This document shows, piece after piece, positions 18,987 to 29,348 of a stretch of DNA of 64,000 bases. The stretch is from the NCBI GenBank assembly GCA_002437665.1, contig DJQW01000002.1, forward strand, positions 80,364-144,363, written 5' to 3'. The number at the start of each line of letters is the position of its first letter. Position 1 is the stretch's first letter. The notes under the pieces were generated by a model, which did no database searches, was not told where the DNA came from, and worked only from the letters and a program-made list of their open reading frames with translations. This stretch comes from Alphaproteobacteria bacterium UBA6376 (GTDB taxonomy: Bacteria > Pseudomonadota > Alphaproteobacteria > Rs-D84). Both the position numbers and the translations under genes were made by a program.

Positions 18987-19778
18987 TTATTTATCTGCAA
19001 ATTGTGACACGATTGCGCCCAACGACGACATTCCGCCACCACTGCTGAGTCCGCTGACCGTTTCCATAATCGAACTGGTATTTGTTTTCTGGCCCAGACC
19101 ACCAACTGTGCTGGTTAAAAATTCACCCCACATTGCACGCTTTTTCGCCGACAGACGCGCATTGCTGCAATTTTCAATTTTCGACAGCAATTTTGCCGCC
19201 ATTGTCGCCTCTGTCTTGGTGTAATCACTTTCAGAAAAATCGATTAAATTAAAGACGTCGTAAATATCAGAAACGGTCTTTTTATTTTTGCACGCCTGTG
19301 ACCCATCGTCGCAATACGACGCAACCGATGCCTTGGGAAATTGATACCAGACCATGTTTTTATCACTGGACGATGCGAAATTATCATAGCATACCAAATC
19401 GCCATCGTCACCATTCAGCGTCGTGCGCACCGCCATTTGATACCCCGTGCCCCCAGGACATGGCGTACGTCCCAATGCACGCTTGGCATCATCAGACGTC
19501 ATTTCGCCAACCTTGGCCCACTCTTTCATTGTGTTGTTCACAAACGTAATTTCTTGGGATGTTGGAATACATTCTTGGGTCAATTCGCGCTGTTTCGCAT
19601 TCAACTGTTGAACCCCACTGACCAAGCCCAACACAGTTGGCACTAAACTGGCCCCCGTGTCCTGAACCGACGCGGCCTGTGTTGCGACGGGCGCGGCCTT
19701 TTTAATAGTAACCGCCGCCGGCGCAGACGACACCGCGCAGGAAATCATGCACATAAAAATCAGCAGTTTTTTATTCAT
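18987..19778 (-). CDS. Secreted hypothetical protein (263 aa, 8 Cys).
   Basis: Signal peptide MNKKLLIFMCMISCAVSSAPAA. No recognizable family. Confidence 0.55.
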   Translation of the reverse strand: MNKKLLIFMCMISCAVSSAPAAVTIKKAAPVATQAASVQDTGASLVPTVLGLVSGVQQLNAKQRELTQECIPTSQEITFVNNTMKEWAKVGEMTSDDAKRALGRTPCPGGTGYQMAVRTTLNGDDGDLVCYDNFASSSDKNMVWYQFPKASVASYCDDGSQACKNKKTVSDIYDVFNLIDFSESDYTKTEATMAAKLLSKIENCSNARLSAKKRAMWGEFLTSTVGGLGQKTNTSSIMETVSGLSSGGGMSSLGAIVSQFADK

Positions 19779-19828
19779 CTCTCGTGCCTGCATTATAACA
19801 TAAAAAAATTATTGAATAAATATAAAAA

Positions 19829-20344
19829 TTGCTTTTTGTGTTCGGGCGCGCTAAACTGGACACCGTGCAAGGCGATAGACGTAGTTTTATTATATTTACT
19901 AAACACAGACGATTACAGCGTCTGTGGCAGTTTTTCTTTACCGGTTGGGGTCTGGTAATGGTGGCGGCGTTGGTCGCGGGTTCACTGTTTACCAAGCAAT
20001 TATTATGGACACCCATCACCGCAATCAATATGACCGATATCGTCAGCAATCAATTCAAAATGTCAAACGCGGTATTTGCCGGCACGGACACAAATGGCGA
20101 ACCGTTCAAGATTCGCGCAGCATCCGGCCGCCAAGAATATGGCAAGCCCGACATTATATTCTTGGAATCCGTATCTGGCACAGTCGTCCGCAAGAGTGGC
20201 GACACAAAAATAACCGACAATATTCGCGCCAAGACGGGGAAATACAATCGACGCAACAAGACCGTCACACTGATGGGCAACGTCCGCATTGATTCCAGCA
20301 ACGGCGACAAAATTTTAACAGACGAATTGGTGGTAAAATTATGA
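19829..20344 (+). CDS. lptC: LptC-like LPS export protein (N-terminal TM anchor plus an OstA-like periplasmic fold).
   Basis: A single TM helix is followed by a beta-jellyroll-like sequence. The gene sits immediately upstream of, and overlaps, lptB (ATGA overlap). Confidence 0.5.
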   Translation: MLFVFGRAKLDTVQGDRRSFIIFTKHRRLQRLWQFFFTGWGLVMVAALVAGSLFTKQLLWTPITAINMTDIVSNQFKMSNAVFAGTDTNGEPFKIRAASGRQEYGKPDIIFLESVSGTVVRKSGDTKITDNIRAKTGKYNRRNKTVTLMGNVRIDSSNGDKILTDELVVKL

Positions 20345-21069
20345 AACAATCCGTATTACGCATTGAACACTTGTCTAAATCATACGGCAAACGTATGGTA
20401 ATTCGCGACATTTCCATGATTGCGCGTCAGGGCGAATCGGTTGGCTTGCTGGGCCCAAATGGCGCGGGAAAAACCACGGCATTTTACTGCATCACGGGCC
20501 AGTTGGCGGCAACCGGCGGGCAGATTTTTCTGAACTCTCAGGACATAACCCACCTGCCGTTTTATCAGCGCGCACGCCTGCACATCGGATATTTGCCTCA
20601 GGAAAACAGCGTATTTCGCGGCCTGACGGTTGAACAAAACATTCTGTCTATTTTAGAGGTGGTCGAACCAGATCGCAAAAAACGTCGCCAGAAACTGGAC
20701 GCATTGTTGGACGAATTTTCCATATCGTCCCTGCGCCACAGTCCGGCAACCGCCCTGTCGGGGGGCGAACGTCGCCGCGTTGAAATTGCGCGTGCACTGG
20801 CCAACGATCCTAAATTCATCTTGCTGGACGAACCATTCGCCGGTATTGACCCAATCGCGGTGAATGAAATCCGCACGCTGGTATCCCAACTGAAAAACCG
20901 CGGTCTGGGCGTGATTATCACCGACCACAATGTGCGCGAAACACTGGGCATTACCGACCGCAGTTATGTATTGCACGACGGCAAAATCCTGAAACACGGT
21001 ACAACCGACGAAATTATTCAGGACGAAATGGTTAAAAAAGTATATTTGGGCGAAGATTTCACGATGTAA
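20341..21069 (+). CDS. lptB: LPS export ABC transporter ATP-binding protein LptB.
   Basis: Walker A GPNGAGKTT, signature LSGGERRR, Walker B ILLDEP. 242 aa. The N-terminus MKQSVLRIEHLSKSYGKR is LptB-like. A terminator follows at 21084-21112. Confidence 0.9.
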   Translation: MKQSVLRIEHLSKSYGKRMVIRDISMIARQGESVGLLGPNGAGKTTAFYCITGQLAATGGQIFLNSQDITHLPFYQRARLHIGYLPQENSVFRGLTVEQNILSILEVVEPDRKKRRQKLDALLDEFSISSLRHSPATALSGGERRRVEIARALANDPKFILLDEPFAGIDPIAVNEIRTLVSQLKNRGLGVIITDHNVRETLGITDRSYVLHDGKILKHGTTDEIIQDEMVKKVYLGEDFTM

Positions 21070-21125
21070 GATTCGAGAAATAAAAACACCGCCGTTTGGC
21101 GGTGTTTTTTTAACTGTCGCGAACC

Positions 21126-21692
21126 CTATTCCGATTCTTCGTCCATATCTTCGTCATCGTCGTCGTTTTCAACGGCATTCAAATCTATTTCCTTTGGCAC
21201 GCCCAAAATATCTTCTATCTTGTCAGATGCGGCATCCAAATCAATCTTGTGCAAAACAGCAAATTCCTGTGCCATACGTTCCAAGGCACGCAAATACAAC
21301 TGGCGCGCCGAAAACGTCATTGTATCCGCCGCCGTACGACGCTGCAGGTCACGTACAACCTCTGCCAATTTCATGGGATCGCCAGAATTGATGTTTTCTT
21401 CGTACTGTGCGGCACGACGCGCCCAAATCATACGCTTTGCACCGGCCTTGCCCTTGGCGGATGCGATTGCCTCGTCCATCTTCTTGGCGGTGGTCAGCGG
21501 GCGCAATCCAGAAATTTCCGCACGTTCAATCGGCACGCGCAATGTCATATGATTGCGTTCAAATTCGATGACCAACATCTTTATTTTCTGGTCGCCAATC
21601 GTTTGTTCTTCGGTACGAACCAATTTGCCAACGCCCTGCGTTGGGTACACAACATATTGACCGGCCTTAAAATCTAATTTCTTACTTGGCAT
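21126..21692 (-). CDS. carD: CarD/CdnL-family transcriptional regulator with an acidic C-terminal tail.
   Basis: N-terminal CarD_TRCF-like RNA-polymerase-interacting domain (FKAGQYVVYPTQGVGKLV...). 188 aa. Confidence 0.8.
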   Translation of the reverse strand: MPSKKLDFKAGQYVVYPTQGVGKLVRTEEQTIGDQKIKMLVIEFERNHMTLRVPIERAEISGLRPLTTAKKMDEAIASAKGKAGAKRMIWARRAAQYEENINSGDPMKLAEVVRDLQRRTAADTMTFSARQLYLRALERMAQEFAVLHKIDLDAASDKIEDILGVPKEIDLNAVENDDDDEDMDEESE

Positions 21693-21803
21693 AATAGACC
21701 CTTTGCGGTTGCCATTCTCTCTGTCCCACGTATTATATCACAAAAAAACCAGAAAAACAAATAATTGACGAAAAAAATAAACGCCCCACGTGGGGGCGTA
21801 TTC

Positions 21804-22352
21804 TTATCGCAGTACACCGCGACGCATTGTTGGCCCGCGTCGTACCGCCGATGCGCGTGTACCCGCCGTCGCATCCACAGACGTTGTGCACACCCATTCG
21901 TCGTTCTGCAAAATTGCGGTCTGGCCATCTGGGCAATCCGGTTTTTCCAAACGCCATGCAAAGCAACTGCCCTTTTGATATGATTGATATGTTGCATTGT
22001 CCGCACCGTCACGGGTGTACGCACCATATTCAGGATTCCAAACGCCCGCCGCTTCGCCGCCGCACCATTTGCGCGCACCAAAGCAATCTATGCAATTTCC
22101 ATCTTTGTCACAAATCTGATCCGGCGCAGCGGTCGAAACATATCCACTGTTTGCCGATTTCCCTTCGCCCATCATTTTGCCAGTTTCCAAATCGCGACAC
22201 CACAATTTTTCACATTCCTGTGTCTTGACGCCATCGGTTGTGGTTGTGCGTGATGATAAAACATAGCCCGCACCACACGACGTGAACTTTGCCGCATCAG
22301 CCGCGCAAACCACGCCAACCAGCATAAAAAATGAACAAATCAATTTTTTCAT
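21804..22352 (-). CDS. Cys-rich secreted protein (182 aa).
   Basis: Signal peptide MKKLICSFFMLVGVVCAADA, ~14 Cys, and a terminator downstream. No recognizable family. Confidence 0.6.
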   Translation of the reverse strand: MKKLICSFFMLVGVVCAADAAKFTSCGAGYVLSSRTTTTDGVKTQECEKLWCRDLETGKMMGEGKSANSGYVSTAAPDQICDKDGNCIDCFGARKWCGGEAAGVWNPEYGAYTRDGADNATYQSYQKGSCFAWRLEKPDCPDGQTAILQNDEWVCTTSVDATAGTRASAVRRGPTMRRGVLR

Positions 22353-22413
22353 ATCTGCATCTCTCTTGTCCCAGACATTTTACACGATTTTATAGCAAAA
22401 TCCAAATTGTTTT

Positions 22414-22842
22414 TTACTGTCCCAATCCCGCTGGGGTAAAGCGACCAATATTGTTAAACAATTCTTGCAATGCGTTCAGTTCAATCGCGGCTGGGATTTC
22501 TGTTTCGCCATCGGCAATCACAACATCTGGCAAATCGGCATCACGCAAGACCTGTGTTTTAACAACGCGGTCACCACGCACCCACGCCAACAAGACGGTT
22601 TTATTATCATACGTTTTTGGCAGCGGCCCGCGATAGTTTTCGTCCGCGCCATAATATACCCACACGTCATCACCATAGATTGTTTTAACCTGTGGCGCAC
22701 CAATTTTGTCCTGTAACTGGGCGGTGTTTTTAATTTCAGATGCCACCGTGTCCAAATCAGACGGGAAAACATACCCGCGGTGTTTGGTCTGGAACGTGCA
22801 CCCCGCCAGCGCGATTAAACAAATTGCGATTATTTTTTTCAT
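22414..22842 (-). CDS. Outer-membrane lipoprotein, BamE/SmpA/OmlA-like.
   Basis: Lipobox LAGC. The ~120-aa mature protein has a BamE-like motif (…IYGDDVWVYYG…). Confidence 0.5.
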   Translation of the reverse strand: MKKIIAICLIALAGCTFQTKHRGYVFPSDLDTVASEIKNTAQLQDKIGAPQVKTIYGDDVWVYYGADENYRGPLPKTYDNKTVLLAWVRGDRVVKTQVLRDADLPDVVIADGETEIPAAIELNALQELFNNIGRFTPAGLGQ

Positions 22843-22847
22843 GTGGA

Positions 22848-25800
22848 TTACCCCTCGCCGTTTTCTTTGGTTTGATTTGCCGCATTCATCATTGCGAAAT
22901 GCGCGATGTACTTTTTCAGTTCACTCTTGTACCGATTGTTTTCCTTGGCAAATTCAACCAATCTGTCAAAGTTCGGATTTGCCGCGCGCGCCGCGCCAAA
23001 ACGACTTTCGGTTTTCAAGAAATCTTCCAATGGCGTTGGATTATCAATATTTGAATCCAGCGTCAACGGATTGCGCCCTGCATCAATCAAGCGTGGATCA
23101 AAACGATACAACGGCCATGCACCGGTCTGAACCAACTGGGTCTGGTGCTGGACACCGTTTTGCAATGCAAATCCATGCGCAATACATGGCGCGTACGCCA
23201 GAATTACCGATGGGCCGGGGAAACTTTCGGCCTCGCGGAATGCGCGAATCGCCTGAACAGGATTCGCCCCCAACGCGATTTGCGCGACATACGCACCCGA
23301 CATCATCGCCATCATGCCCAAATCTTTCTTGGCGTGTTCTTTGCCCCCGATGGCAAATTTCATACTGGCGGCAAATGGTGTGGATTTGGATTGCTGGCCA
23401 CCGGTATTCGAATACCCTTCGGTGTCCAGAACCAAAACATTTACGTTTTCACCACTGTGCAAAATATGATCCAACCCGCCATAGCCAATATCGTACGCCC
23501 AACCGTCACCGCCAACAATCCATACAGATTTGGTCACCATTTCGCCCAGCAAACTTTCCGCCAAGCGGGCACGCGGCCCATCTGTGCCGGCCAATTTTTT
23601 GCGCAGCATTTCAACATTCGCGCGCTGGTGCGTGACATCGGTTTCGGCAAACATTTCTTCGACATTTGGAATATTCAATTCAAACAGCAGGCCACGCAAC
23701 GTGTCGCGCTTTTGATTCAATGCCAACCGCATACCCAAACCGTATTCTGCATTATCTTCGAACAAAGAATTAGACCACGCCGGCCCGCGACCATTCGCGT
23801 CGCGTGTCCATGGCGTTGTTGGCAAATTCGCACCATAAATCGACGAACAACCCGTTGCATTTGCAACCACCATACGGTCACCAAACAGGTGCGCCATCAT
23901 CTTGACATACGGCGTTTCGCCACAGCCCGCACACGCCCCCGGAAATTCAAAATAATGTGGCAACAGTTCAACATGCTTTGGAATATTCAAATTCAACTGT
24001 TCACGCGCGACATCCGGCAATTTTACAACCGCGTCAAACGCACGCTGGTTTTCCGCCGCAACATCGCGCGCCGGTTTCATCGCCAATGCCGCAACCGGAC
24101 AATTTTTAACGCACACACCGCACCCCGTGCAGTCCGCCGCCGAAATCGCCAGCGTGTAATACATGTCGGGCCCCAGTTCTGGCGTCTTCATCGGCACAAC
24201 AATAATGCCCGCCGCACGCGCCGCATCAACCTGTGCGGCATTCAATGCCTTGATACGAATCGCCGCATGTGGGCACAGCATTGAACATTTTCCACACTGA
24301 ATACATTTTTCCAAATCGCACGTTGCAACCCGATCGGACACCGCACGCTTTTCATACTTTGATGTTCCAACCGGATATTGACCCGCGCCAAATTCACCAC
24401 CCACACGGAAACGCGATACGGGAATCGCATCGCCACGCTGCGCCGCCATTTCACCCAACGTACCCGCAATTTCCGCCGGCGCATCCGCCGTCATAGATGG
24501 CACAAAATCAGGTGCGAAATTCGACACAGACGACGGCAATACGTACTGGTGCAAGTACTCGGCTGCCTTGTCTACCGCGGCCCAGTTTGCCTGAACGATT
24601 TCCATGCCCTTTTTCTTGTACGTTTTTTCAATCGCAACCTTGGCTGATTTTGCCGCAACGGCTGGATCAATAATCTGGGTCAGGTTAAAGAAGTTCAACA
24701 TGATAAACGTGTTGATACGATTCCCCAATCCCAATTCCGCCGCCGCACCATTCGCGTCCAAGAAATACACATTCGCGCGCAGGCGCAACAAATGTTCCTG
24801 TGTTTCACGTGGCAGATTTGCAAATGCAACATCGGGCGACATTGACGTGTTTATCATAACCGTACCGCCCGCACGCAGACCGCGGAACACATCAAAGCGT
24901 TGCGCAATCATAAAGTTTGAAACACTGATAAAATCGGCAACTTCTATCAAATACTGACTTTTAATCGGCGCGTCCGAAAAACGAACATGCGACGCAGTCA
25001 GCCCGCCCGATTTTTTCGAATCATATACAGCATACGACTGTGGATACAGGTCTGAATTTTCACCAACAATTTTCACAATGTTTTTAACCGCACCAACCGT
25101 ACCATCCGAACCAATACCGTACAGAATTGCGGTCTTGAAATTTTCCGCCTGAACCGCGAACGCCGGATCTGTTTTCAAGGACAATCCCGACAAATCATCA
25201 TCAATACCAACCGTGAAATTATGATGCAATGTGTCACGCATCAGGTTTTCATACACGGCCTTGACATCACGGGGCTTAAACTCTTTTGATCCCAAGCCAT
25301 ATCGGCCACCAAACACGGCCGCCGCATCACCGACAACGGTTTTAACATCTTGGTACAACGGTTCGCCAATCGCACCGGGTTCTTTTGTTCTGTCCAGAAC
25401 CGCAATGCGACGAGCCGTTTTTGGCAATGCCGCGCGAAATGCATCGGTCGGGAATGGGCGATACAAATGCACCTTGACCAGACCCAAACCACGTGGCAAG
25501 AATGGCAACGTTTCTTCTATCGTTTCGCACGCACTGCCCATTGCAACAATGACATTTTCGGCATTTGGATCGCCAACATAGTCCACCAAATGATACGCGC
25601 GCCCCGTCAATTTTGCGAACTTGTCCATGCATTCCTGAACAATTTCAGGCGTCGCCGCGTACAGCGGATTGGCGGCCTCGCGTCCCTGAAAGTACACATC
25701 GGGATTCTGGGCCGTGCCACGAATCGTTGGCGCATCAGGCGTCATACCACGCGCACGATTTTCCAAAACCAAATCGTCCGGAATCATTTCACGCAACACA

Positions 25801-26360
25801 TCGTCGCTGATTCTGTCCAAACGGGATTCTTCGTGACTGGTACGGAAACCATCAAAGAAATGCAAGAACGGCACACGTGAACGCAACGTTGCTGCATGCG
25901 CGATTGCCGCCATATCAGACGCCTGTTGCACATTATGGCTGGACAACAACGCGAACCCCGTACTGCGCACAGACATAACGTCACTGTGGTCGCCAAAGAT
26001 TGACAATGCATGTGTTGCCAGCGCGCGCGCCGCCACATGCATAACAAACGGGGTCTGTTCACCGGCGATTTTGTACATATTTGGAATCATCAGCAACAAT
26101 CCCTGTGACGCGGTAAATGTCGTCGCCAGCGCGCCCATCTGCAACGCACCATGCATTGCACCGGCCGCCCCGCCCTCGGACTGCATTTCAATAATCTGTG
26201 GAATTGCACCCCATATGTTTTTCTTGTGCTGGAACGACCATTCGTCCGCCAATTCGCCCATAGTGCTGCTGGGGGTGATGGGGTAAATCGCGGCAAAGTC
26301 CACGCATCTGTATGCGACGTCGGCCGCTGCCCAGTTTCCATCAACAATTAAATTCGCCAT
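22848..26360 (-). CDS. nifJ: Pyruvate:ferredoxin (flavodoxin) oxidoreductase, single-chain NifJ/PorA type.
   Basis: 1170 aa. Two 4Fe-4S ferredoxin motifs (CIQCGKCSMLCP, CTGCGVCVKNCP). TPP-binding region GGDGWAYDIGYGGLDH. Conserved PFOR N-terminal domain. Confidence 0.93.
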   Translation of the reverse strand: MANLIVDGNWAAADVAYRCVDFAAIYPITPSSTMGELADEWSFQHKKNIWGAIPQIIEMQSEGGAAGAMHGALQMGALATTFTASQGLLLMIPNMYKIAGEQTPFVMHVAARALATHALSIFGDHSDVMSVRSTGFALLSSHNVQQASDMAAIAHAATLRSRVPFLHFFDGFRTSHEESRLDRISDDVLREMIPDDLVLENRARGMTPDAPTIRGTAQNPDVYFQGREAANPLYAATPEIVQECMDKFAKLTGRAYHLVDYVGDPNAENVIVAMGSACETIEETLPFLPRGLGLVKVHLYRPFPTDAFRAALPKTARRIAVLDRTKEPGAIGEPLYQDVKTVVGDAAAVFGGRYGLGSKEFKPRDVKAVYENLMRDTLHHNFTVGIDDDLSGLSLKTDPAFAVQAENFKTAILYGIGSDGTVGAVKNIVKIVGENSDLYPQSYAVYDSKKSGGLTASHVRFSDAPIKSQYLIEVADFISVSNFMIAQRFDVFRGLRAGGTVMINTSMSPDVAFANLPRETQEHLLRLRANVYFLDANGAAAELGLGNRINTFIMLNFFNLTQIIDPAVAAKSAKVAIEKTYKKKGMEIVQANWAAVDKAAEYLHQYVLPSSVSNFAPDFVPSMTADAPAEIAGTLGEMAAQRGDAIPVSRFRVGGEFGAGQYPVGTSKYEKRAVSDRVATCDLEKCIQCGKCSMLCPHAAIRIKALNAAQVDAARAAGIIVVPMKTPELGPDMYYTLAISAADCTGCGVCVKNCPVAALAMKPARDVAAENQRAFDAVVKLPDVAREQLNLNIPKHVELLPHYFEFPGACAGCGETPYVKMMAHLFGDRMVVANATGCSSIYGANLPTTPWTRDANGRGPAWSNSLFEDNAEYGLGMRLALNQKRDTLRGLLFELNIPNVEEMFAETDVTHQRANVEMLRKKLAGTDGPRARLAESLLGEMVTKSVWIVGGDGWAYDIGYGGLDHILHSGENVNVLVLDTEGYSNTGGQQSKSTPFAASMKFAIGGKEHAKKDLGMMAMMSGAYVAQIALGANPVQAIRAFREAESFPGPSVILAYAPCIAHGFALQNGVQHQTQLVQTGAWPLYRFDPRLIDAGRNPLTLDSNIDNPTPLEDFLKTESRFGAARAANPNFDRLVEFAKENNRYKSELKKYIAHFAMMNAANQTKENGEG

Positions 26361-26518
26361 GATACCTTTCCCTTGTGTACGTTTTTTGTTTTATTTCTGG
26401 CGAAATCATACCGCGATTTTTAATCCAAGGCAAGATTATACTTACTTTTAATATTGACAAAATTTACATTTTGTATTATACTATGTTCCCCAATATGAAG
26501 TTCAGAGAGGTATCGATT

Positions 26519-27019
26519 ATGAAAAACGGAAATATTATAGAGATTTGCCCAGGGGCATTTTTGGACATGGCGGTTGCCAGTATTCAACCCGCCAAAACGG
26601 TGAACCCACTCGCGCGCCATGACAATTTTGTCCGTGGCACTGACATTTATATGTTGGATTCATTTGCCAGCAAAACAAAAATGAAAAACGCCGCATTCGT
26701 ACGTCGTATCAAAGACGCCATCACAGAGGCGCGTGACATTTTAAGTGGTGGGTTTATGGACGTAATTCCAACAAATTGGAAAATTGCACGCGATTGGAAT
26801 CGCCCACGCATCGACGTCTATGTAAATTGCCCAGATGCCACATTGTCCGACAATGCGCGCGCGGCATTGGCCGAATTGGCACGCGCGGCCGCCGCAGGCG
26901 TAAAAATCACAGCGCACATCACCGGCAACCAGACCGGCGCGATTGCACGCGCATTATTGGCGATGGAACAATTCAGTGCCGACCGCACATTCCGCAACAC
27001 AACAACAAAACAGCGGTAA
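26519..27019 (+). CDS. Hypothetical protein (166 aa).
   Basis: ORF with an upstream promoter-like TTGACA...TGTATTATACT. The start is chosen at the internal Met MKNGNII. A bidirectional terminator follows at 27022-27052. Confidence 0.45.
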   Translation: MKNGNIIEICPGAFLDMAVASIQPAKTVNPLARHDNFVRGTDIYMLDSFASKTKMKNAAFVRRIKDAITEARDILSGGFMDVIPTNWKIARDWNRPRIDVYVNCPDATLSDNARAALAELARAAAAGVKITAHITGNQTGAIARALLAMEQFSADRTFRNTTTKQR

Positions 27020-27045
27020 TAAAAAACGGGGCAACGCCCCGTTTT

Positions 27046-28455
27046 TTATTTCTTTTTATTTTCTAACTTTTTCAATGTATCCGTCGCATCCGTGGGCTTT
27101 TCATCCGATGTACCGTCACACGTTGCCGCGCGCGTTTTTAACTTTGACATCGCACGCACCATGTCCATACCGCGTTGCAACTGGTAATCTTGGGCATCTT
27201 TTTCTTCATCAGACAATTCAACCTCTTCGTCATCATCGGACTTCTTGTCTGCTTTCTTTTTTGCATTTTCATTCTTTAATGCGTTTTTGAAAGACGCCTC
27301 TGAATACAAACTTTCGCGACGTTCAATGGTTTCAATCTTGCTCTGCAAAACCTCTACGTCTGGGGTAATCCCCTCGTTCTGGATTGAACGACCGCTGGGG
27401 GTGTAATAGCGCGCGATAGTGATATGAATCGCCGTCCCATCACCCAGTGGTTTCTGCTGCTGCACACTGCCCTTGCCGAAACTCTGTGATCCCATGACCA
27501 ACGCGCGGCCATTGTCCTGTAATGCGCCCGCGACAATTTCAGACGCCGATGCCGACCCGTGGTTTATCAGCACAACGATTGGTTTGCCATTCGTCATATC
27601 ACCAGATTTCGCCATGGCGCGTTCAATGTCCGCCGCATCTTTGCCACGCGTCGACACAATTTCGCCACCATCCAAAACAGCATCCGCAATATCAATCGCC
27701 GCCGTCAAATAGCCCCCTGGGTTATTACGCACGTCAATCACATAGCCAATGACGTTTTTCTTTTCCAATTTTTCAATCGCATTGCGAAATTCCTTGGCGG
27801 TCGTTGCCCCAAAATCAGAAATACGAATATAGCCGATTTTTTCGTTCGAATCTTCGTCCGCATCGGCAATCGTCTTGTCATCAAATTTGACCGATTTCAC
27901 CTTGATAATCGCGCGCTTTAACGTGACATCACGCGCATCTTTGCCATCGGACAAAATGGTCAGTTTCACCTTTGTCCCTGGGCGACCTTTCATCTTTTTT
28001 ACCGCCTGATTCAATGTCATATCAAACACCAATTCGCCATCAATGCTGGTGATATAATCGCCGGCCTTGATGCCCGCCTTGGCCGCGGGGGTATCATCAA
28101 TCGGCGAAATAACGCGAATTGCGCCACGGTCACTGGTAACCTGAATGCCCAAACCGCCAAATTCACCGTACGATTTGTCGTTAAATTCTTTCAAATCGTC
28201 CGCCGACAGATACGATGAATGCGGGTCAAGTGCGCCCAACATACCGTTCATTGCGGCCTCTAACATCTTTTTTTCATCGGCCTCTTCGACGAAACTGTCG
28301 CGTGCGACATCGAACACCAGCGCAAACTTTTGCAACTGTTCATAAATCTGTTCATCCGTCAGGTGTACAACTGGTTCTTCTTTCTTTGCCTTGCCCGCGG
28401 CGATGGCCGTCATTGGCACAGATAACGCAACCAAGACCAAAAATTTCTTTAACAT
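27046..28455 (-). CDS. ctp: Carboxy-terminal processing protease (S41, Ctp/Prc-like) with a PDZ domain.
   Basis: Signal peptide MLKKFLVLVALSVPMTAIAAG. PDZ and S41 motifs (GGLGIQV, ...LINHGSASASEIVAGALQDNGRALVMG...). Lys-rich C-terminus. Confidence 0.88.
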   Translation of the reverse strand: MLKKFLVLVALSVPMTAIAAGKAKKEEPVVHLTDEQIYEQLQKFALVFDVARDSFVEEADEKKMLEAAMNGMLGALDPHSSYLSADDLKEFNDKSYGEFGGLGIQVTSDRGAIRVISPIDDTPAAKAGIKAGDYITSIDGELVFDMTLNQAVKKMKGRPGTKVKLTILSDGKDARDVTLKRAIIKVKSVKFDDKTIADADEDSNEKIGYIRISDFGATTAKEFRNAIEKLEKKNVIGYVIDVRNNPGGYLTAAIDIADAVLDGGEIVSTRGKDAADIERAMAKSGDMTNGKPIVVLINHGSASASEIVAGALQDNGRALVMGSQSFGKGSVQQQKPLGDGTAIHITIARYYTPSGRSIQNEGITPDVEVLQSKIETIERRESLYSEASFKNALKNENAKKKADKKSDDDEEVELSDEEKDAQDYQLQRGMDMVRAMSKLKTRAATCDGTSDEKPTDATDTLKKLENKKK

Positions 28456-28622
28456 TTTTGCTTTTCCCCTTGCCTTTGATACAACAGGCATACCATAAAC
28501 CAAAAAGGCCGCACTCGCAACACGATTTTTTGACTTTTTTGCACAGATTTTGCCCAACCCCCTACGCCGCAAACACTTGACAAAATATTTTTCTGGGCTA
28601 TATTATCAGTACGGGTGATTAC

Positions 28623-29348
28623 ATGACAAAGACACAAAATTATAAAATTCGTATTGAAGAGAACCGGCAACAGATAACCAACATGTTATCCGGCGCGGAC
28701 ACGCACAAACGGTTGAATAACATCAACTGGCTGCGTCACGAATTGTCGTACACCGAACCGCGCACATTGTTTTACGTGCCGTCGCGGGAACAGTTGCCCT
28801 ATCTGGATTACAACAGTATGAAAAATCTGGGCACGGCATACGATTACATCATCGACAACCCCGACACAATTATCGACATTCCTGAAATTTGCAAATTGCA
28901 CAGTATGTTATGCGCTGGCACGCCGATTCAGGGCGGCTTGTTCCGCAACACGTCCAAGGTTTTGGAACTGTACGTTGACGGCAACCGCATTCATGCACCC
29001 GAAGCGTCGGAAATTCCATCAAAACTGAACGAAATCGTATTCAGATTCAATGACCGTAACACAAAAACACTGACGCGCGCGTTTAATGCGCATTATGACC
29101 TGATTATGTTACAGCCATTTGATGACTTTAACAAACGCACGGCGCGCCTGATTATGAATTGGTTGCTGATTCAGGGCGGCTATCGTCCCGTTGTATTTAA
29201 CCAGCATTCGGACAAGCAGAAATACAAAGACGCCATCGCCGCCAAGGCCGCTGGCAATCACAAAGAATACATACAATATATGTCCGCATGCCTGTTGCGC
29301 ACACAAAAAGAAATAATCGACCTGTTAAAGAAATCGCGGGTGCTGTGA
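28623..29348 (+). CDS. Fic/Doc-family protein with a degenerate active-site motif (QPFDDFNKRTAR in place of HPFx[DE]GNGRxxR; Doc-like NKR).
   Basis: Fido-fold-like C-terminal region (...AFNAHYDLIMLQPFDDFNKRTARLIMNWLLIQGGYRPVVF...). The stop overlaps the start of the next gene (TGATG). Confidence 0.55.
   Translation: MTKTQNYKIRIEENRQQITNMLSGADTHKRLNNINWLRHELSYTEPRTLFYVPSREQLPYLDYNSMKNLGTAYDYIIDNPDTIIDIPEICKLHSMLCAGTPIQGGLFRNTSKVLELYVDGNRIHAPEASEIPSKLNEIVFRFNDRNTKTLTRAFNAHYDLIMLQPFDDFNKRTARLIMNWLLIQGGYRPVVFNQHSDKQKYKDAIAAKAAGNHKEYIQYMSACLLRTQKEIIDLLKKSRVL

Noticed and set aside
23145-24284. 379-aa plus-strand ORF and other ORFs antisense to the PFOR gene.
   Set aside because: They are embedded in a highly conserved 1170-aa PFOR CDS on the minus strand, with Arg/Gln/His-rich composition and no homology. 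These are shadow ORFs.
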